A DNA stretch of 64,000 nt from contig NC_135825.1 of NCBI RefSeq assembly GCF_964213995.1, positions 12,152,001 through 12,216,000 on the forward strand. The letters run 5' to 3'. The DNA is from Mustelus asterias. Lineage: Eukaryota. Of the stretch, positions 22,977 through 36,240 are shown piece after piece. Below the pieces are notes generated by a model. That model was given only the letters and a program-made list of their open reading frames with translations. It had not been told where the DNA came from and did not search any database. The first letter of the stretch is position 1. Every line of letters starts with the position of its first letter. Position numbers and translations under genes: made by a program.

Positions 22977-25014
22977 CTGGAAGAAATACAGAATGATTTG
23001 AAGGGAATGAGGCAGCTTCGTGTTTGGAACATTAATCTCCTCTTTACACTGTGACCTATTGTAGCAGCGTCGCACAGACAAGGCACGTTAGCTGGAGCAA
23101 TCAACTAAAGTTTCACTGATCAACTTCATGATCATTAGATACAGATCAAATGGAGCTGGTTTCATTAACTTTCCTCAGTATATCTGGAATGCTGAGTAAA
23201 ATCTTAGAAGTAAGAATGTTATGAATTGACTGGTCATTGGGACAGAAACATTGTCTGGTGCAACATAACATTGGTGAGATATCTGTTCAGTGAGTAAGAA
23301 ACTTCCAATAACATCATCCCACACTGTTCCAAAGTAGAATCATATTCCACTCAATATTAACTCTGCTCCTCTCTTCACAGATGCTACCGGACCTGCTGAG
23401 TTTTCCCAGCACTTTCTGTTTTCATCATCCCACAATTCCCTGGTGCACCTCCTGACAGGAAATTCGGAACCAGCCGGAAGCAGACGGCCTCAGTTTGGGA
23501 ACAATGTATTAAACTGGGCAACTGAGAAGGAGAAGATGACAGTGAATGCAATGTTCCTGTCAGCGATACTCCAGAACACACCGGGTTAAGGGAATCTGGC
23601 ATCGCTGGAGTGTGACAAACACAACTCCATGAGATTGGGTTCACGGTGAAGTGATTAACATGAATAATGAAAACTGCACCATCTAAGGTGTGGCAAACAG
23701 AGAAAGCTCACTTCTTAGTCTGAACTTCCACTGACAGAAACAGCAACTTTGTTAGGAAGCTAACACAATACCATTATGTAAACACAGCTACCGGGTGGGA
23801 TGGTGAGCCCGGGTTGGGGGACCACAGGAATGCTGATGGGGATTCAATATCTGGCAAAACCTGGAAGGCGCAGGCGACTTCATCAGATTCACGGCCATAG
23901 TGGGCAAGAACCTGATTTACATACATTTTAATATATTTCCATATCATTAAAGACCCCCCCACTCCCCAGATATTGAGCCCTCGCTGTGTTTTCAAACCGG
24001 GGCAACGTGACATCACATTGGTGCATTTTACAACAGGTTCACCTGGACATGATGGGGAACCCCCTTCCTGGGCAAGAGGGATATGGTCAGGCAGTGGCCT
24101 GGCAATGCCCTCTGGCACTCTCCCTTGGCGCAGGTTGGCACTGCCAAGTTGGCACCATGCCACCCCAACATTGCCAACCTGGTAGTGCCAACCTGTACCA
24201 GTGGCAGTTCCGGGGTGGACCTCAGTGGGAGTCTGATGGGGGAGGGGTTATTCATTTACAAGTGAGGGTGGGCCGGAGCGGACAGGGGAGCTGGAGCAGC
24301 CGTTTGTGGGAAGGGGCTGGGTTTGTCGGCAATGGCTGTGTGGGTGGAGGGTTGGAGGGAAGGGCTCCAATGTTCGGGGGGAAGGGGGGTGGTGCCAGCA
24401 CTGACTGCTGGAGGGGGGGAAAGGTCTGATATTCGGGGGAGGGGTTTGGTGTCAGCACTGACTGCTGAGGGGTGATGTGGGGGGAGAATTGCTGGCTCAT
24501 AATAGGAGGATGCCCCGACTCTGACCGGGGTGTGGTGGGATTTGGGGGGAGCCCCTGAGAGCTCTGTGGTGGGTGGGGGGGAGGTTACATTTAGTTTTGA
24601 TTGGGCCGCCATGTTTGTGCACTGTCAGCTTACTGCAGCCAGGATTTGCTGGTGTATCGAGGCCCCGCCCCCTACATGACGATGTGAAGCACGCCCAGCT
24701 GTTTTTTTTGTGACAGAGTGTGGTAAGTTCTGGAGAGAAAGACAACCTGCTTCGAGCCAGAACCAACAGTTTTCAGTAAGATTTCCCTAATATTGTGTTT
24801 TATGTTTACGGGGGCTGTTTACAGATTCAGCTTTATTCTGGAGGCAGTCGGTGTATCAGTAAAACATTCAGTTCAGATGCTGGGAGAGCAGGATAATGGC
24901 TCATTTTAGCCATGGAGGGGGGAAGCTAAGCAAAAAATGACTGTTGTTTCCGGTGAGAAAACCGACAGGTGTCTCTCCAGAGAAACAGGTTAGATTTCTG
25001 TGCAGATCTTTGAC

Positions 25015-25650
25015 TGAGAGAGGAAACCGGAGCACACGGAGGAAACTCACGTAGGTTCAGAGAATGTGCAGACTCCAGGCAGACAGTCACCCAAGGCCAG
25101 AATTGAACTTGGATCCCTCGTGCTGCGAGGCAGCACTGCTAACCACAGTGCCTCTGTGTCACCTGTTGTCATCCTATTGTTAGATCAAAATCCAGGAATT
25201 TCTTACCACTCACTTTTCGTCCATGCCACACCAATCTGACCTGTGTCACACAACTGCAGTTCTCCCCTGATCTGATGATCACTGACACTGGAACCATTTC
25301 TGGGACCTGTGGACATTCACTCCAAGGATTTTCAAATCCTCCACATACCCCAGTATCCTCCCATTTATTATCTCACCATTTGCTTTGTTTGACCTGCTCA
25401 AATGCATCACCTCACACTTCTCTGGGTTGAATTCCATTTGCCACTTTTCTGCCCACCTGACCAGTCCATTGATATCTTCCTGCAACCGATAGCAATCCTC
25501 CTCGCTATCTACTGCATTAGTAATTTTCATTACATTCCATCTAAATCATTAATATATGCCAGAAAAAACAGGGGACCGAGCACTGAGCATTGGAAACAGC
25601 CTTCCAGTCACAAAAACAGCCATCAACAATCATCCTTTGTTTCCTGCCAC
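25015..25650 (-). mobile_element. SINE head fragment (25015-25165) and CR1 RT fragment (~25280-25650) (paralogue ~62307-62942)
   Basis: Minus-strand A-box-like ggcactgtggttagcagtgctgcc; ORF LQEDINGLVRWAEKWQMEFNPEKCEVMH is CR1 RT. Confidence 0.8.
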
Positions 25651-27295
25651 AATTAATTCTTGGCCATTTGTTTACGGAAGTGGGTTTTGAAATTATACAG
25701 CACTTTTCATGGCCTTTGGATGGCCTAAAGAATTTTATAATCTGGGAAGTATTTTTAAACAACCGCCACTGTTGTGATATGGGAGATGTGGCAACCAATT
25801 TGCACACAGCAAAATCTCAGAAACAGCAGTGAACTTTGACCAGATCAATATTGGCCATTTCTTCAGAGATCTCCTTGTCTGCTTTTTCTGTAGATAAGAA
25901 GTGACCTGCTGCGTATTTCCAGCAGCTTTTTCATCATTTTGATGTTTAGTTGGTATTTTTTCCTCATCACCATTGTAACCTCCGTGTTTACATTGGACAA
26001 CAATTTCTGCTCTTTCTGTGTGTCCCAACTATGTTAGGGGTAGTGGGTTTTAACAGAAAAAGAAAATACTTGGTTTGCACACGTAGATTCAAGCAAGCAC
26101 AAACCAGGTTTTATTGATGAGCTGCTCTCTGCACTGCATCAAGTACAAAACTGACAGTCACACAGCAGCCTGAGCACGCACCCTAATGACATCACATCAA
26201 ATCAACCCATTTTAAAACTCACACCTTCATGATGAAGCGAACACAACAACATCCCGCCAAGGTTTCTGATCTGAGAGTTATTGAAAAATGATGCCCAGTC
26301 TCCCCGATCGTCAGAGACTGGACATATGACCCAAGATGTGTGTCAGGACCCTGCAGATGACCCAACATGATGATCTCCATGGGAATTGCCTGGGACATTG
26401 GAACTTCCAACGGACAATTCTGCTGTACCCTGGGTCCCTCTGTGAAAATCTTCAGCTCTGGGTAAGAGTCAGACACTTCAAACAATTCCATGGGGCTTAA
26501 CTGGATAGTTACCCAGGAAATGTTAGACTGAAAGAATCAAGTTTAATTCCTGGGTAATCACAGAACTGACCCCCGAATAATCACACTGACCCCCTGGAGT
26601 CCCCCCAATCCTCTGATTAACCCCCTGACACACCAACTATCACCCCACACTCCGCCAATTCCACCTGATCTTGTGACTATGCCACAACCTGAGCCAATCC
26701 GATTATTCCCTCTGACTACCCTTTGCACCCACCACTTGATTACCCAATGTCCAAATCTGATTAGCCCCCAAACCAGGCTACCCCTGCCAACCTGACCCAA
26801 TTGCCACACTATTCATCTACCACCTCATCAACCTACAACCTCACCCACCTGCAACCCTACCCTCCTGTCACTTCATCAACAGACTACCTCACCCAACTGC
26901 CACTCTACCCACCTCACACGCTTGTGACCTCACTCATCTGTTTTCTCACCCACCTACCATCCTTGCCTCCGACTAGCAACACATCTATACACCTGTCTCC
27001 CTATCCATCTTTCACCCGACCCACCTGTGCTCCTACAGAGTTCCGATGGAGTTCTCCGAGGGACACTGCGCTCCACAGTTCTGGAGAATCTGGAGTCGGA
27101 AGATCAGGCAAGAAATGTGGAGCTGAGTCGAGGGTGGAAAGCTTCAAGCGGAGTGGCAATCCAACAATGATTGCTGCTCTGTGACTGGCCCAGGACAATA
27201 AATGACATCCATTCTCACGCCAAAGTTGTTAAAGAGGATTTAATCACTCACACAGAAGCCATGTCATTTAAACACTAACAATAAAAACAGCGTAC

Positions 27296-27374
27296 CTTTC
27301 AGCAAATTTGGAGTTTGGAATTGAGGAATGTGTTGGCGATACTGTTAAAATTTCACAAGAATTTTCAGGTCCGA
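27296..27374 (-). CDS. Gene B stalk exon (VGPENSCEILTVSPTHSSIPNSKFAE+AG)
   Basis: Acceptor gttgtttccttctttcag|TCGG and donor AAAG|gtacgc; 79 nt, phase 1-2. Links the C2 exon (phase 1) to the TM exon (phase 2) in frame; S/T/P-rich. Confidence 0.8.
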
Positions 27375-28569
27375 CTGAAAGAAGGAAACAACATTCAGAT
27401 CAGCCTCATTTTCATTGTCGTTAACTGAGAGAGTCACATTGTCAAGTGGCACCTCAACCTGAGGGAGAACCACGTTGAGGGAGCGCCTCTTCTTGGGATG
27501 TGGGTGTCGCTGTTTAGGCCAGCAATTATTGCCCATCCCTAATTGCCCTTGAGAAGGTGGTCATGAGATGCCTCTTGAACCGATGCAGTCCATGTGGTGT
27601 AGGTACATCCACTGTGCAGTGAGGGAGGGAGCACCCATCGCATCTGCGCCAGTCAAAAACAAACCACCTGACTATTCCAAACCCAGTTTCCAGCACTTGG
27701 CCCATAGCTCTGTGTGCCTTGGCATCACGAGTGCACATCTAAATAATTCTTAAATGTTATGAGGGTCTGTAAGACACCAGGAAAACTTGCCTATTCCTCC
27801 TGGAAGAGGGCCATGAAATCATTTACATTTAGCTCAAAGGATGCATGGATCAGCAGTTCAACCAGACAATAGCACCGTCAACAGCAGAGCGCAATCTCCG
27901 TGCTGTACAGTGATATCAACCCCTTTCTCGGAAGGAGAATTTGAACTCACAATCCATTGGTTTCAGAAATCAGGCTGCTACCAACTGAGCCCCTTCTGAC
28001 ACTGACATATTTGAATATTAAACATTCAAACTGGTTATAGTCCTCATTAATTCAGGACTATCGTTAGTGTTTATGTTAACACTGAGTAATTCAGTGTTTA
28101 GAACATGGAATTCTGAGATTTTGAGCAGCATTTTGTGATGATAGAATTTTTCGGCAAAGAAGGAAATTTGGTCCATTGCCCTCCATCGCTATGAAAGAAT
28201 TTGCCATTTAGAATCAGAGAATCCATGCAGCGCACAAGGAGGCCATTTGGCCCATCGAGTCTACAACGACACTCCCATTGTTGTGTCTTTTCCCCAAATC
28301 CTCCTAAATGTCTGCTCCTTTTTTGCTTCCCTTGTGAAAGCTGTTATTGATTCTGTTTCTAACGCAATCCATATCTTAACAATCATTTGCATCAATAAAA
28401 TTCTCCCAATTTCTCCCGCTGTCCTTGTTGTGATGATCTTAACTGGATTCTCTCGAGTATTCACTCACTTACTACTGGAAATAATTAGTCTCAATTTATC
28501 TTATCAAAGCTTCAAATAATTTTGAATAGATTTAGCAGACTATTTCCTTCTATTCTAATGATTCTTTGC

Positions 28570-29330
28570 CGGTGTTAGCTGTTGGGAGCACTCTTGTATC
28601 TGCAGCCACAAGGATCTGTGTTCTCGCCCTACTCTAGGAATCAAAAATCAAAGCTGAAACTCCTGTGCAGTACTGAGGAAGTGCTGCACTGTTGGAGGTG
28701 CTGCCTTTCGGATGGGATGTTGAACTGAGTCCCCAATCTGCCTGCTCTATGGGCGGCATGGTGGCACAGTGGTTGGCACTGTTGCCTCACAGCGCCAGAG
28801 ACCCGGGTTCAAATCTGGCCTTGCGTGACTGTCTGTGTGGAATTTGCACATTCTCCCCGTGTCTGCGTGGGTTTCCTCCGGGCACTCTGGTTTCCTCCCT
28901 CAGTCCAAAGATGTGCGGGTAGGTGGATTCGCCAAGCTAAATTGCCCCTTAGTGTCAGGGGGAACTAGCTGGGGTAAATGCATGGGATTATGGGGATAAG
29001 GCCTGGGTGGGATTGACGTTGGCGGAGACTCGATGCGTCAAATGGTCTCCTTCTGCACTGTAAGATTCTATGGATTCTATGAAACTATGGATGTATAAGA
29101 TCGATGGCACTTGATCTCCTGAAGAAAAACAGAAGCGTTATCCGAAATCACCCGGCGATATTTATCCCTCAATCAAAAACAGGTTATCAGTTCATTATTT
29201 TGAGTTTGCTGTGTGTAAATTGGCTGCTGTGTTTCCTGCCTCACAACAGTGACAGTGCTTCAAAAAGCATTTCATTGGTTGTAAAGCGCTTCGAGAAGTC
29301 AGATGACTGTGAAAATAAATGGAAGACATT
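28570..29330 (+). mobile_element. Deu-domain SINE (SacSINE1/AmnSINE1-like) interrupted by a younger SINE
   Basis: gtgcagtactgaggaagtgctgcactgttggaggtgctgcctttcggatg...atatttatccctcaa...aaattggctgc recalls the Deu domain (from memory, not searched). Confidence 0.6.
28751..29088 (+). mobile_element. HE1/V-SINE-like SINE, near full length
   Basis: A box TGGCACAGTGG, B box GGTTCAAATC, V-like domain tgtgtggaatttgcacattctccccgtgtctgcgtgggtttcctccgg and an (ATTCTATG)n tail. Confidence 0.9.
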
Positions 29331-29695
29331 CTTTCATTTTGTAAGTGAGACCTCTTAAGATGCTATCATTTCACATCAACTCTTCAACTCTCTATCCTTA
29401 CGATTCATCCTAAAGCAAGAGACATCAGCTAAAGATTGTTATTCACAATTTGATCTCCAAGAAATGGGAACAGGAATGGTTAATGGAGACCTTGTCAGTC
29501 AAGTTCTATTTAATATTAATGGGATTACTGCAACATTTAGACATGTTTGGGGAATATTTTATGATCCTGATATTTTCAATCAATATTTTAATCAGTAACT
29601 TTGTTCCGAGTTGTTGAGGGACAAAGCAGAGTGAATTTTGTCAGTTGCAGTCATTCAGAGAGACATTAGGAACCGAACCAGCAACCAGCTTATTT

Positions 29696-31320
29696 AGAAC
29701 TTAGAACATAGAACATAGAACAGTACAGCACAGAACAGGCCCTTCGGCCCACAATGTTGTGCCGAGCTTTATCTGAAACCAAGATCAAGCTATCCCACTC
29801 CCTATCATCCTGGTGTGCTCCATGTGCCTAACCAATAACCGCTTAAATGTTCCTAAAGTGTCTGACTCCACTATCACTGCAGGCAGTCCATTCCACACAC
29901 CAACCACTCTCTGCGTAAAGAACCTACCTCTGGTATCCTTCCTGTGTCTCCCACTACGAACCCTATAGTTATGCCCCCTTGTAATAGCTCCATCCACCCG
30001 AGGAAATAGTCTTTGAACGTTCACTCGATCTATCCCCTTCATCATTTTATAAACTTCTATTAAGTCTCCCCTCAGCCTCCTCTGCTCCAGAGAGAACAGC
30101 CCTAGCTCCCTCAACCTTTCCTCATAAGACCTACCCTCCAAACCAGGCAGCATCCTGGTAAATCTCCTCTGCACCCTTTCCAGCGCTTCCACATCCTTCT
30201 TATGTGAGGTGACCAGAACTGCACACAATATTCCAAATGTGGTCTCACCAAGGTCCTGTACAGTTGCAGCATAACCCCACGGCTCTTAAACTCCAACCCC
30301 CTGTTAATAAAAGCTAACACACTATAGGCCTTCTTCACAGCTCTATCCACTTGAGTGGCAACCTTTAGAGATCTGTGGATATGAACCCCAAGATCTCTCT
30401 GTTCCTCCACAGTCTTCAGAACCCTACCTTTGGCCCTGTAATCCACATTTAAATTAGTCCTACCAAAATGAATCACCTCACATTTATCAGGGTTAAACTC
30501 CATTTGCCATTTTTCAGCCCAGCTTTGCATCCTATCTATGTCTCTTTGCAGCCTACAACAGCCCTCCACCTCATCCACTACTCCACCAATCTTGGTGTCA
30601 TCAGCAAATTTACTGATCCACCCTTCAGCCCCCTCCTCTAAGTCATTAATAAAAATCACAAAGAGCAGAGGACCAAGCACTGATCCCTGCGGCACTCCGC
30701 TAGCAACCTGCCTCCAATCCGAAAATTTTCCATCCACCACCACCCTCTGTCTTCGATCAGACAGCCAGTTACCTATCCAATCGGCCAACTTTCCCTCTAT
30801 CCCACACCTCCTCACTTTCATCATAAGCCGACCATGGGGGACCTTATCAAACGCCTTACTGAAATCCATGTATATGACATCAACTGCCCTACCTTCATCA
30901 ACACACTTAGTTACCTCCTCAAAAAATTCTATCAAATTTGTGAGGCACGACTTGCCCTTGACGAATCCATGCTGACTATCCCGGATTAATCCGCATCTTT
31001 CTAAATGGTCGTAAATCCCATCTCTTAGGACCTTTTCCATCAATTTACCAACCACCGAAGTAAGACTAACCGGTCTATAATTACCAGGGTCATTTCTATT
31101 CCCTTTCTTAAACAGAGGAACAACATTCGCCATTCTCCAGTCCTCTGGCACCATCCCCGTGGACAGAGAGGACCCAAAGATCAAAGCCAAAGGCTCTGCA
31201 ATTTCATCCCTTGCCTCTCAAAGAATCCTAGGATACATTTCATCAGGCCCAGGGGACTTTTCGACCTTCAGTTTATTCAAAACTGCCAGGACATCCTCCC
31301 TCCGAACATCTATTTCCTCC
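29696..31320 (-). mobile_element. CR1 LINE, 5'-truncated, one frameshift
   Basis: ORFs 30111-31190 (NYRPVSLTS, QGSVLGP, FADD) and 29785-30228 (ERVQRRFTRMLPG, RLRGDLIEVYK) overlap across a frameshift near 30200; (AGAACAT)n tail. Confidence 0.95.
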
Positions 31321-31339
31321 TATTTCAACTATCACTTAC

Positions 31340-31663
31340 CAACGCTGTTGATCTGTGCCACATAACTGCAATTCTCCCCTGATCTGTTGATCACTGACAC
31401 TGAAACCATTTCACTGGATTTTTCTTCCTGGTGATTTGAGGCTGTGCAGTAATATTGATGATGTTGCTGTGTGAAGGATTGACAATGTAGATCCAGTTTA
31501 TTGGTGTCAGAGATCTCTGAATCTTCAGACGGGGTCTTTTCATGCCATGTGTACTGAATGGGAAGTGATCCCTGGACAGACTCACAGGAGACGGACACTG
31601 AGCCCCCAGAACATGAGGCATTTGGTGGTGATAAAAATTTAAGTTCAGGAACAGACACGGGTT
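31340..31663 (-). CDS. Gene B exon 5: second C2-type Ig domain
   Basis: Acceptor tcttttccacag|AACCC and donor GTTG|gtaagt; 324 nt, phase 1-1. PVSVPEL...VSCESVQGSLPIQYTW...YYCTASN resembles the FcR-like C2 pattern CxSxxGSxPIxYxW...YxCxAxN. Confidence 0.9.
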
Positions 31664-32924
31664 CTGTGGAAAAGACAATCATTAACGGATTTTCACAGTA
31701 ACTTCATTGCAGTGTTAATGTAAACCTAATTGTGACACTAATTTATAAAAGCTTTAACAATAAACTTTAAAATTTTAAACTTTAGAATGACCAAAAAATT
31801 AAATCGTTTCATAGTCCCAATATTTCTACACCTCATCCAGGGTGTGAGGCGGAAGGGGAAGTGTTAGAGAGAGAGAGAGTTGGCAGTGGGAGCTTGGCCG
31901 AATGCAGGTAGTATCTATTGATTGCTGTCATGAACAGCAGATATTCATGATAGCAGATTAGTTAGTAACAATCATTGGAGTGTGACCTGAGATAGACTGT
32001 GGATGTTTGCTGAGATAACGGAGACTTAAATATCTTTCCAAAAATCTAATCTTGACCTGAAATCCACCTCCGCTGCCAGTTGGAATTGGGAATTTGGCGC
32101 TCAGCCAAATCTCCATTCACAGCAGCGGGACTGGATAATTCCAGCTGCGGACGAGTTTGGTGAATTCCAGCCATTGTTTGGAGTTGTATTTAACATTTAA
32201 CAGTAAGTACCGTTTAACACTTAAGTGTGAGTACTGTTTAAAGTCGAGGGCGGGGTTTTATGGCCTCGAATGAGCGAGACGGAAAATACCGCCCAAGGTC
32301 AACACCCTTGAGTCTGCCCCACACCCGCTCCGATACCATGGCGGGCGAGGCAGTAAAATTCCGACGTACGTATCATCCAAAGGACATGAGCTGGGAGATA
32401 GAAGCTATCCACTGGCAGCAACTGGAATAGTTAATTGGGGAAACTGGCTTGAACTGGTCTTTTTGTACTGAGTCCCTTTGTTTTTGAACATATAAATTTA
32501 GACATTCTCAGTGCAAACAGCACTGGAGTCTGCCTTCAACCGAGTATGGACGTTTAATGAGCTGAAGGAATTTACTACAGGGGAAGAAGTGAGCTGTTGG
32601 TGAGTATCTGGGGAGTATCCCGGAAGTGGGCAAGGTCTATTATCCAGGCATTGGGAGCAAGGGTGAGGTCCTTGCCAACTTGTTCACCAGGAGAACGGGG
32701 TTCAAGGTGCAATAAATCTGACCCCATCTCTCTGGATCATTACTCTTGGCCTCTGAATTACAATTCCTGCAACATAATCATTGTTCTAACTGCCCTCTAG
32801 CTGCCAGACTCTGCACTGCTGCGGAGCCTCGGGATATCGGAGCTGTCAATGTCTCCTCCCAGGTAAAGCACCGATCAGACATTTCAGTCGAGAGTAATAA
32901 AGATAATCACGGAGAACAATGTAC

Positions 32925-33233
32925 CGTCAGATATTTGTAGCTTTACAGGAAACATTGAAAGGAAGCCGGGCTTATCAATACCACAGCTGTACCATCCTGC
33001 ATCTCCTGAATGAAGATCCTCCATAGTAACAACAAATAATGCTTGTGTCTTGTGATCTGTGATCGACATTCTCCCTCGCCGTCCATCTGGATCGTCTGAT
33101 TTTACCAAAACAGAGCACTGACGACTCCAAGTTTTCACATGTGACTGAGACAATTTGTCATAGTGACAATCTATAGTGATCGATCTTCCCAAAACTCCTG
33201 TTACATTATTTTTTGCCCACAATGCACTTGCAG
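32925..33233 (-). CDS. Gene B exon 4: second V-set Ig domain (V2)
   Basis: Acceptor ttgtcttttcag|CTGC and donor GACG|gtacat; 309 nt, phase 1-1. LWAKNNVTGVLGRSITIDC...KTW...DAGWYSCG; paralogous to V1. Confidence 0.9.
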
Positions 33234-33902
33234 CTGAAAAGACAACAGGTCAAAAATTGAACTGAAAATAATTGCTTCATACAACCAGATATATTTCAAT
33301 AGGATTTACCACTGTGTTCAGAGAAATCTCTCCAATACACCTTCTAATGTAATTGGATACTTCCTTGTTTGATATCGTTGGGCACATTGAATATGTGCTT
33401 CCGGCGGATTGATAATTAGACAACCATATTGAGATTGTATCCCAAGCCCTTTATAAAGCAAGACCCTGAGTGGTTCCATTAATCTTTTAGTCCTGGTTGG
33501 GACCTGTTGTGTTCACCACAGGTGTGTGGGAATTCTTTATTTTCATTTTGTACAATAGAAGCACGGTTCCTTCACAGCCGGCTCCTCGAGTTATTATATT
33601 CTCAAACAGCAATTCTCAGACAGCAGATTGTCTGCTCATGATCACGTTGCTCTTAGAGGGAGCTTATTGCTCACAAATTGGTGCTGAGCTTCCTACATCA
33701 CAACAATGGCTCTGAATCAGTTCCAGCATTGACCAGAACGGACTTTAAAACTGTCCTGAAGATGTGAAAAGTGCAAAATAAATGCAATTCTATTTTTATT
33801 CCAATTGCTTCGAGCAACTGATAGAACATAAACCATGAGCAATTCAGACTGATGTTAATTTAAAAATTTGTTGTACTTTTTGAAGCGAAAAGAGATATTT
33901 AC

Positions 33903-34226
33903 CAATGTTGCTGATTTGTGTTAAATAACTGCAGTCATTCTCTGAAATGTGGATCACTGACACTGTAACCATTTCACTGGATTTTTTTCCCTGGTTATTT
34001 GAGGCTGTGCAGTAATATTGATGACGTCGCTGTTTGAAGGATTGACAATGTAGATCCAGATTATTGGTGTCAGAGATCTTTGAATCTTCAGACGGGGTCT
34101 TTTCATACCATGTGTACTGAATGGGAAGTGATCCCTGGACAGACTCACAGGAGACGGACACTGAGCCCCCAGAACATGAGGCATTTGGTGGTGATAAAAA
34201 TCTAAGTTCAGGAACAGACACGGGTT
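33903..34226 (-). CDS. Gene B exon 3: first C2-type Ig domain
   Basis: Acceptor tttctttcccacag|AACCC and donor ATTG|gtaaat; 324 nt, phase 1-1. Highly similar to exon 5. Confidence 0.9.
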
Positions 34227-34688
34227 CTGTGGGAAAGAAACAAACATTCAGAAACTGACTGAGCATCTAAAAATCAAACACTCTGTGAATTTCAGCTCAT
34301 CAACCTCTCATTCAGGGTCAGTCATGTTGCAATCTCACCAACACATCCAGCTCTCCATTTCTCTCCATCCTCCAAGCAGCCTGAACTACAATGTCTGCTA
34401 TTATATCAGAACATCGCAGCTCTCCAGATCAAACCATGAACCAGGACCGAAAGATTTAAATTTAATGGTGAGTGGATTAGATGAGATTTGGGGCAATGGG
34501 TTATTTCACTCGGGGGATGTTGAGGGTCTGGAACTCACTGCCTGGAAGAGTGGTCGAGGGTGGGAGAGGCGGATAACCTGATCACATTAAACAAAATGGA
34601 TTAAACTTGAGATGCTGTAACCTACAGAGCTCTGGATCAAGAACTAGATGGTGGGATTAGATTGGATTGCTTGTTCAGTCAACCCAGT

Positions 34689-35235
34689 GTGGCACAGTGG
34701 CACAGTGATTAGCACTGCAGCCACATAGCACCAGGGACCCGGGTTCAATTCTAGCATTGGCTGTGTGGTCAGTGTGGAGTTTGCACGTTTTCCCCGTGTC
34801 TGCGTGGTTTTCCTCTGGGTGCTTCAGTTTCCTCCCACAACCAAAGATATGCAGATACCCATGGGGAGGTGATGGCCCAGTGGTGTTATCGCTAGCCTAT
34901 AAATCCATAATCTCATCTAATGTTCTGGGGACCAGGGTTCGAATCCCGCCATGGCAGCAGTTGGAATTTGATTTCAATAAAGAAAATCTGGAATTAAGAA
35001 TCTACTGATCACCATGAAACCATTGTCAGTTATTGGAAAACCCATCTGGTTCACTCATGTCCGTTAAAGAAGGAAATCTACCATCCTTTCCTGGTCTGGC
35101 CTACATGTGATGCCAGAGCCAAAGCAATGTGGTTAATTCTTGACTGTCCTCTGAAATGGCCTCGCAAACCTCTCAGGATGGGCAATAAATGCCACCCAGC
35201 CAGCGATGCCCATGTCCACAAATGAATAAAACAAA
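34689..35235 (+). mobile_element. Two adjacent SINEs: HE1/V-SINE head (34689-~34855) and a second tRNA-head SINE (~34860-35235)
   Basis: TGGCACAGTG A box and GGGTTCAATTC B box; the second has TGGCCCAGTGG and GGTTCGAATCCC. Confidence 0.75.
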
Positions 35236-36240
35236 TACTGGCACCTCCCACCAGGCACCAGGCAGTGCCAATGTGGGTGGTGCTGGCGGGGGAGTTGGCA
35301 TTCTGGGGGGTGGGGCCTATTGGGGGCTCAATGTGTTGGGGGGTTTTCAGTGACACTGTGCACTGGGATCAGTGTGAGAAGGAGAGAGGAGGGGGACCAG
35401 GGCTGGCTATCTGGGTGGGGGGAGATCGGGGCTGGCCCAGGAGAGCTCTGGTAGGCCAGTGATTGGATGGTTGTGGGGGGTCGGGATGGCCAGCGATCGG
35501 GAGGCTAGCGGTGAGGGGGCCACTGTGCATGCGCCACTCTCCGCAGTGACAGATCGGTGTGTGTGCAGTGGCTCACTCAGCACTATACTGCCAGCCTCTC
35601 TAGTGGGATTTGGACCCGCTCACCACATTTCAGAGTGAATCAATCTGTGTTGGAGAATCGTTCTGGTCCGTCCCTTATGTTGTCAAATGAGCCTCTTCAG
35701 ACACTGGAGTTGCAACACATCAAGGAAGCTGATCAGGAAACGTGTACTCGCTGTGTTGTGGGATAGCCCGTCAGTGAGTTGCTTGTCTCTGTTCATTCCT
35801 TTGTCTTGTGGAGCTCAGGGTCTGTGTGGAGGAGGCAGTTGCTGCTATTGGTGCTATTGGTCACCTGGGTCCTCATCTGAGGCCCAAAATAAAACAGCCT
35901 GAGAACCACCCATGCTGATCTGATAGATACAATCACCAAAATGTAACCCAGAAATACACATTACCATCTCTGTTGTGAAAGTCTGTAAATACTGATATTA
36001 AAACCTTTCACACAATCAGGCTAGAAATAAGCAGTGAGGTTCCAATGCTCCTTGGTATCTTTCCCAGTCACTTCTTCAGCCTCCCCCATTGCCTCTGTCT
36101 TCTGCCCTTGCTCAGTAACCCGAGCAGCCATTGTTAGATTCCACTAATTGCACTCACTGAGCGATTAATAGACTGAAATTGATAACCCGTCTCTCACTGG
36201 GGGGATTTGATCACACACGGATTGACACATTTAATGTTTC

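Larger units (their letters stand above)
1..26708 (+). repeat. Segmental tandem duplication, copy 1 (matches 36589-64000)
   Basis: Sequence from position 1 recurs at 36589 and continues colinearly to the window end (64000 = 26708). The offset drifts 36588 -> 36609 -> 36957 -> 37292 through indels, and the ORF track is duplicated in the same way. Confidence 0.98.

Noticed and set aside
26033-26223. Possible small solo LTR (TGTTAGG...CTCACA with minus-strand AATAAA)
   Set aside because: No TSD found and no second non-paralogous copy in the window to define boundaries.
28751-28830. tRNA genes at A/B-box motifs (also 34689, 34860, 16690-16755)
   Set aside because: They are SINE heads followed by SINE body and LINE-like tails; no complete cloverleaf seen.
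35760-35876. Possible extra exon between V1 and C2a (acceptor ttttgggcctcag at 35877; one frame is S/T/A-rich)
   Set aside because: The phase-1 frame stops after DEDPGDQ, and the S/T-rich frame has no matching acceptor or donor. It could be a relic or alternative terminal exon, but this cannot be supported without transcripts.
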